DNA from: Tubulanus polymorphus
Lineage: Eukaryota > Animalia > Nemertea
Direction of reading: 5' to 3'
Assembly: GCF_964204645.1 (NCBI RefSeq)
Contig: NC_134025.1
Location: forward strand, 17,025,101 to 17,089,100
DNA: 64,000 nt
Shown here one piece after another: positions 63,405 to 64,000 of this stretch. Made by a program: the position numbers and the translations under genes. The notes below the pieces were generated by a model, which had not been told where the DNA came from, searched no databases, and was given only the letters and a program-made list of their open reading frames with translations. Positions within the stretch are counted from its first letter, which is position 1; each line of letters opens with the position of its first letter.

Positions 63405-64000
63405 CCCCCCAGGGCCCATTAACATACCAAAAATTGGGTCGGTCGGACTCAAGATGGCCGTCCTATGACCACAATCAATTAGAAAGTTGTAGCTCGTAAC
63501 GTGTTCTATGATTGTGGTGAGTTTCAAGGTAATTGGATTTCGTATATGGCCACCAGGGGGCGTTGAATAATACAATATCTTAGCATTTCTTTATTATATT
63601 CGTACCTATGCATATTTTGTAACCACAATCAATTGGAAAGTTGTAGCTCATGACATCATCTATGACTGTTGCGAGTTTTAAGGACATAGGTTTTTCTATA
63701 TGATCACCAGGGGGCGTTGAATAGTAGAATAACTTAGTATTTCCTTATTATATTGGTACCTAGGCATATTTTGTTACCATGATCAATTGCAAAGTTGTAG
63801 TTCATGACATGTTCTATGATTGTGGTGAGTTTTGAGGTCATTGGGTTTTGAATATGGTCACCAGGGGGCCTTGAATAGTAGAATGACTTAGTATTTCCAT
63901 ATTAAATTGGTAACGAGGCATATTTTGTTATCGCAATCAATTACAAAATCGTAGCTGCTGACATGTTCTATGATTGTGGTGAGTTTCAAGGTCATTGGTT
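63405..64000 (+). repeat. HINE-like family B fragment with ~154-bp repeats running off the window
   Basis: Same unit and same variant order as 58253-58960. Confidence 0.8.

Overview
AT-rich animal genomic DNA, probably from a marine invertebrate (inferred from the repeat types; no prokaryotic features). The only host gene I can support is the 3' part of an SDCCAG8 homologue on the + strand. Four phase-compatible GT-AG exons (5042-5162, 22776-22893, 23005-23179, 47943-48143 with stop) are separated by introns of 17.6 kb, 111 bp and 24.8 kb. Almost everything else is nested transposable elements. These include a Mag-type Ty3/Gypsy element with 152-bp LTRs (31407-40610) broken by two inverted Mutator-like elements and an RTE LINE fragment, and a Gmr1-type Gypsy remnant. 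There are also several Helentron-associated (HINE-like) families (one with a ~154-bp satellite array), Kolobok-, piggyBac-, Zator-, Sola-, hAT- and pogo-like DNA elements, CR1/L2 LINE remnants, tRNA SINEs and solo LTRs. A Penelope-type inverted repeat carries two minimal hammerhead ribozyme motifs. The best candidates for something new are a very AT-rich decayed gene cluster at 59.0-63.3 kb resembling endogenous Polinton/Maverick-like virus genes, an unexplained decayed coding tract at 29.2-31.4 kb, the hammerhead palindrome, and a 17.2-kb nest of elements inside one old TIR element. I found no intact novel system. Family names come from termini, TSD rules and recalled protein motifs, not from database searches.
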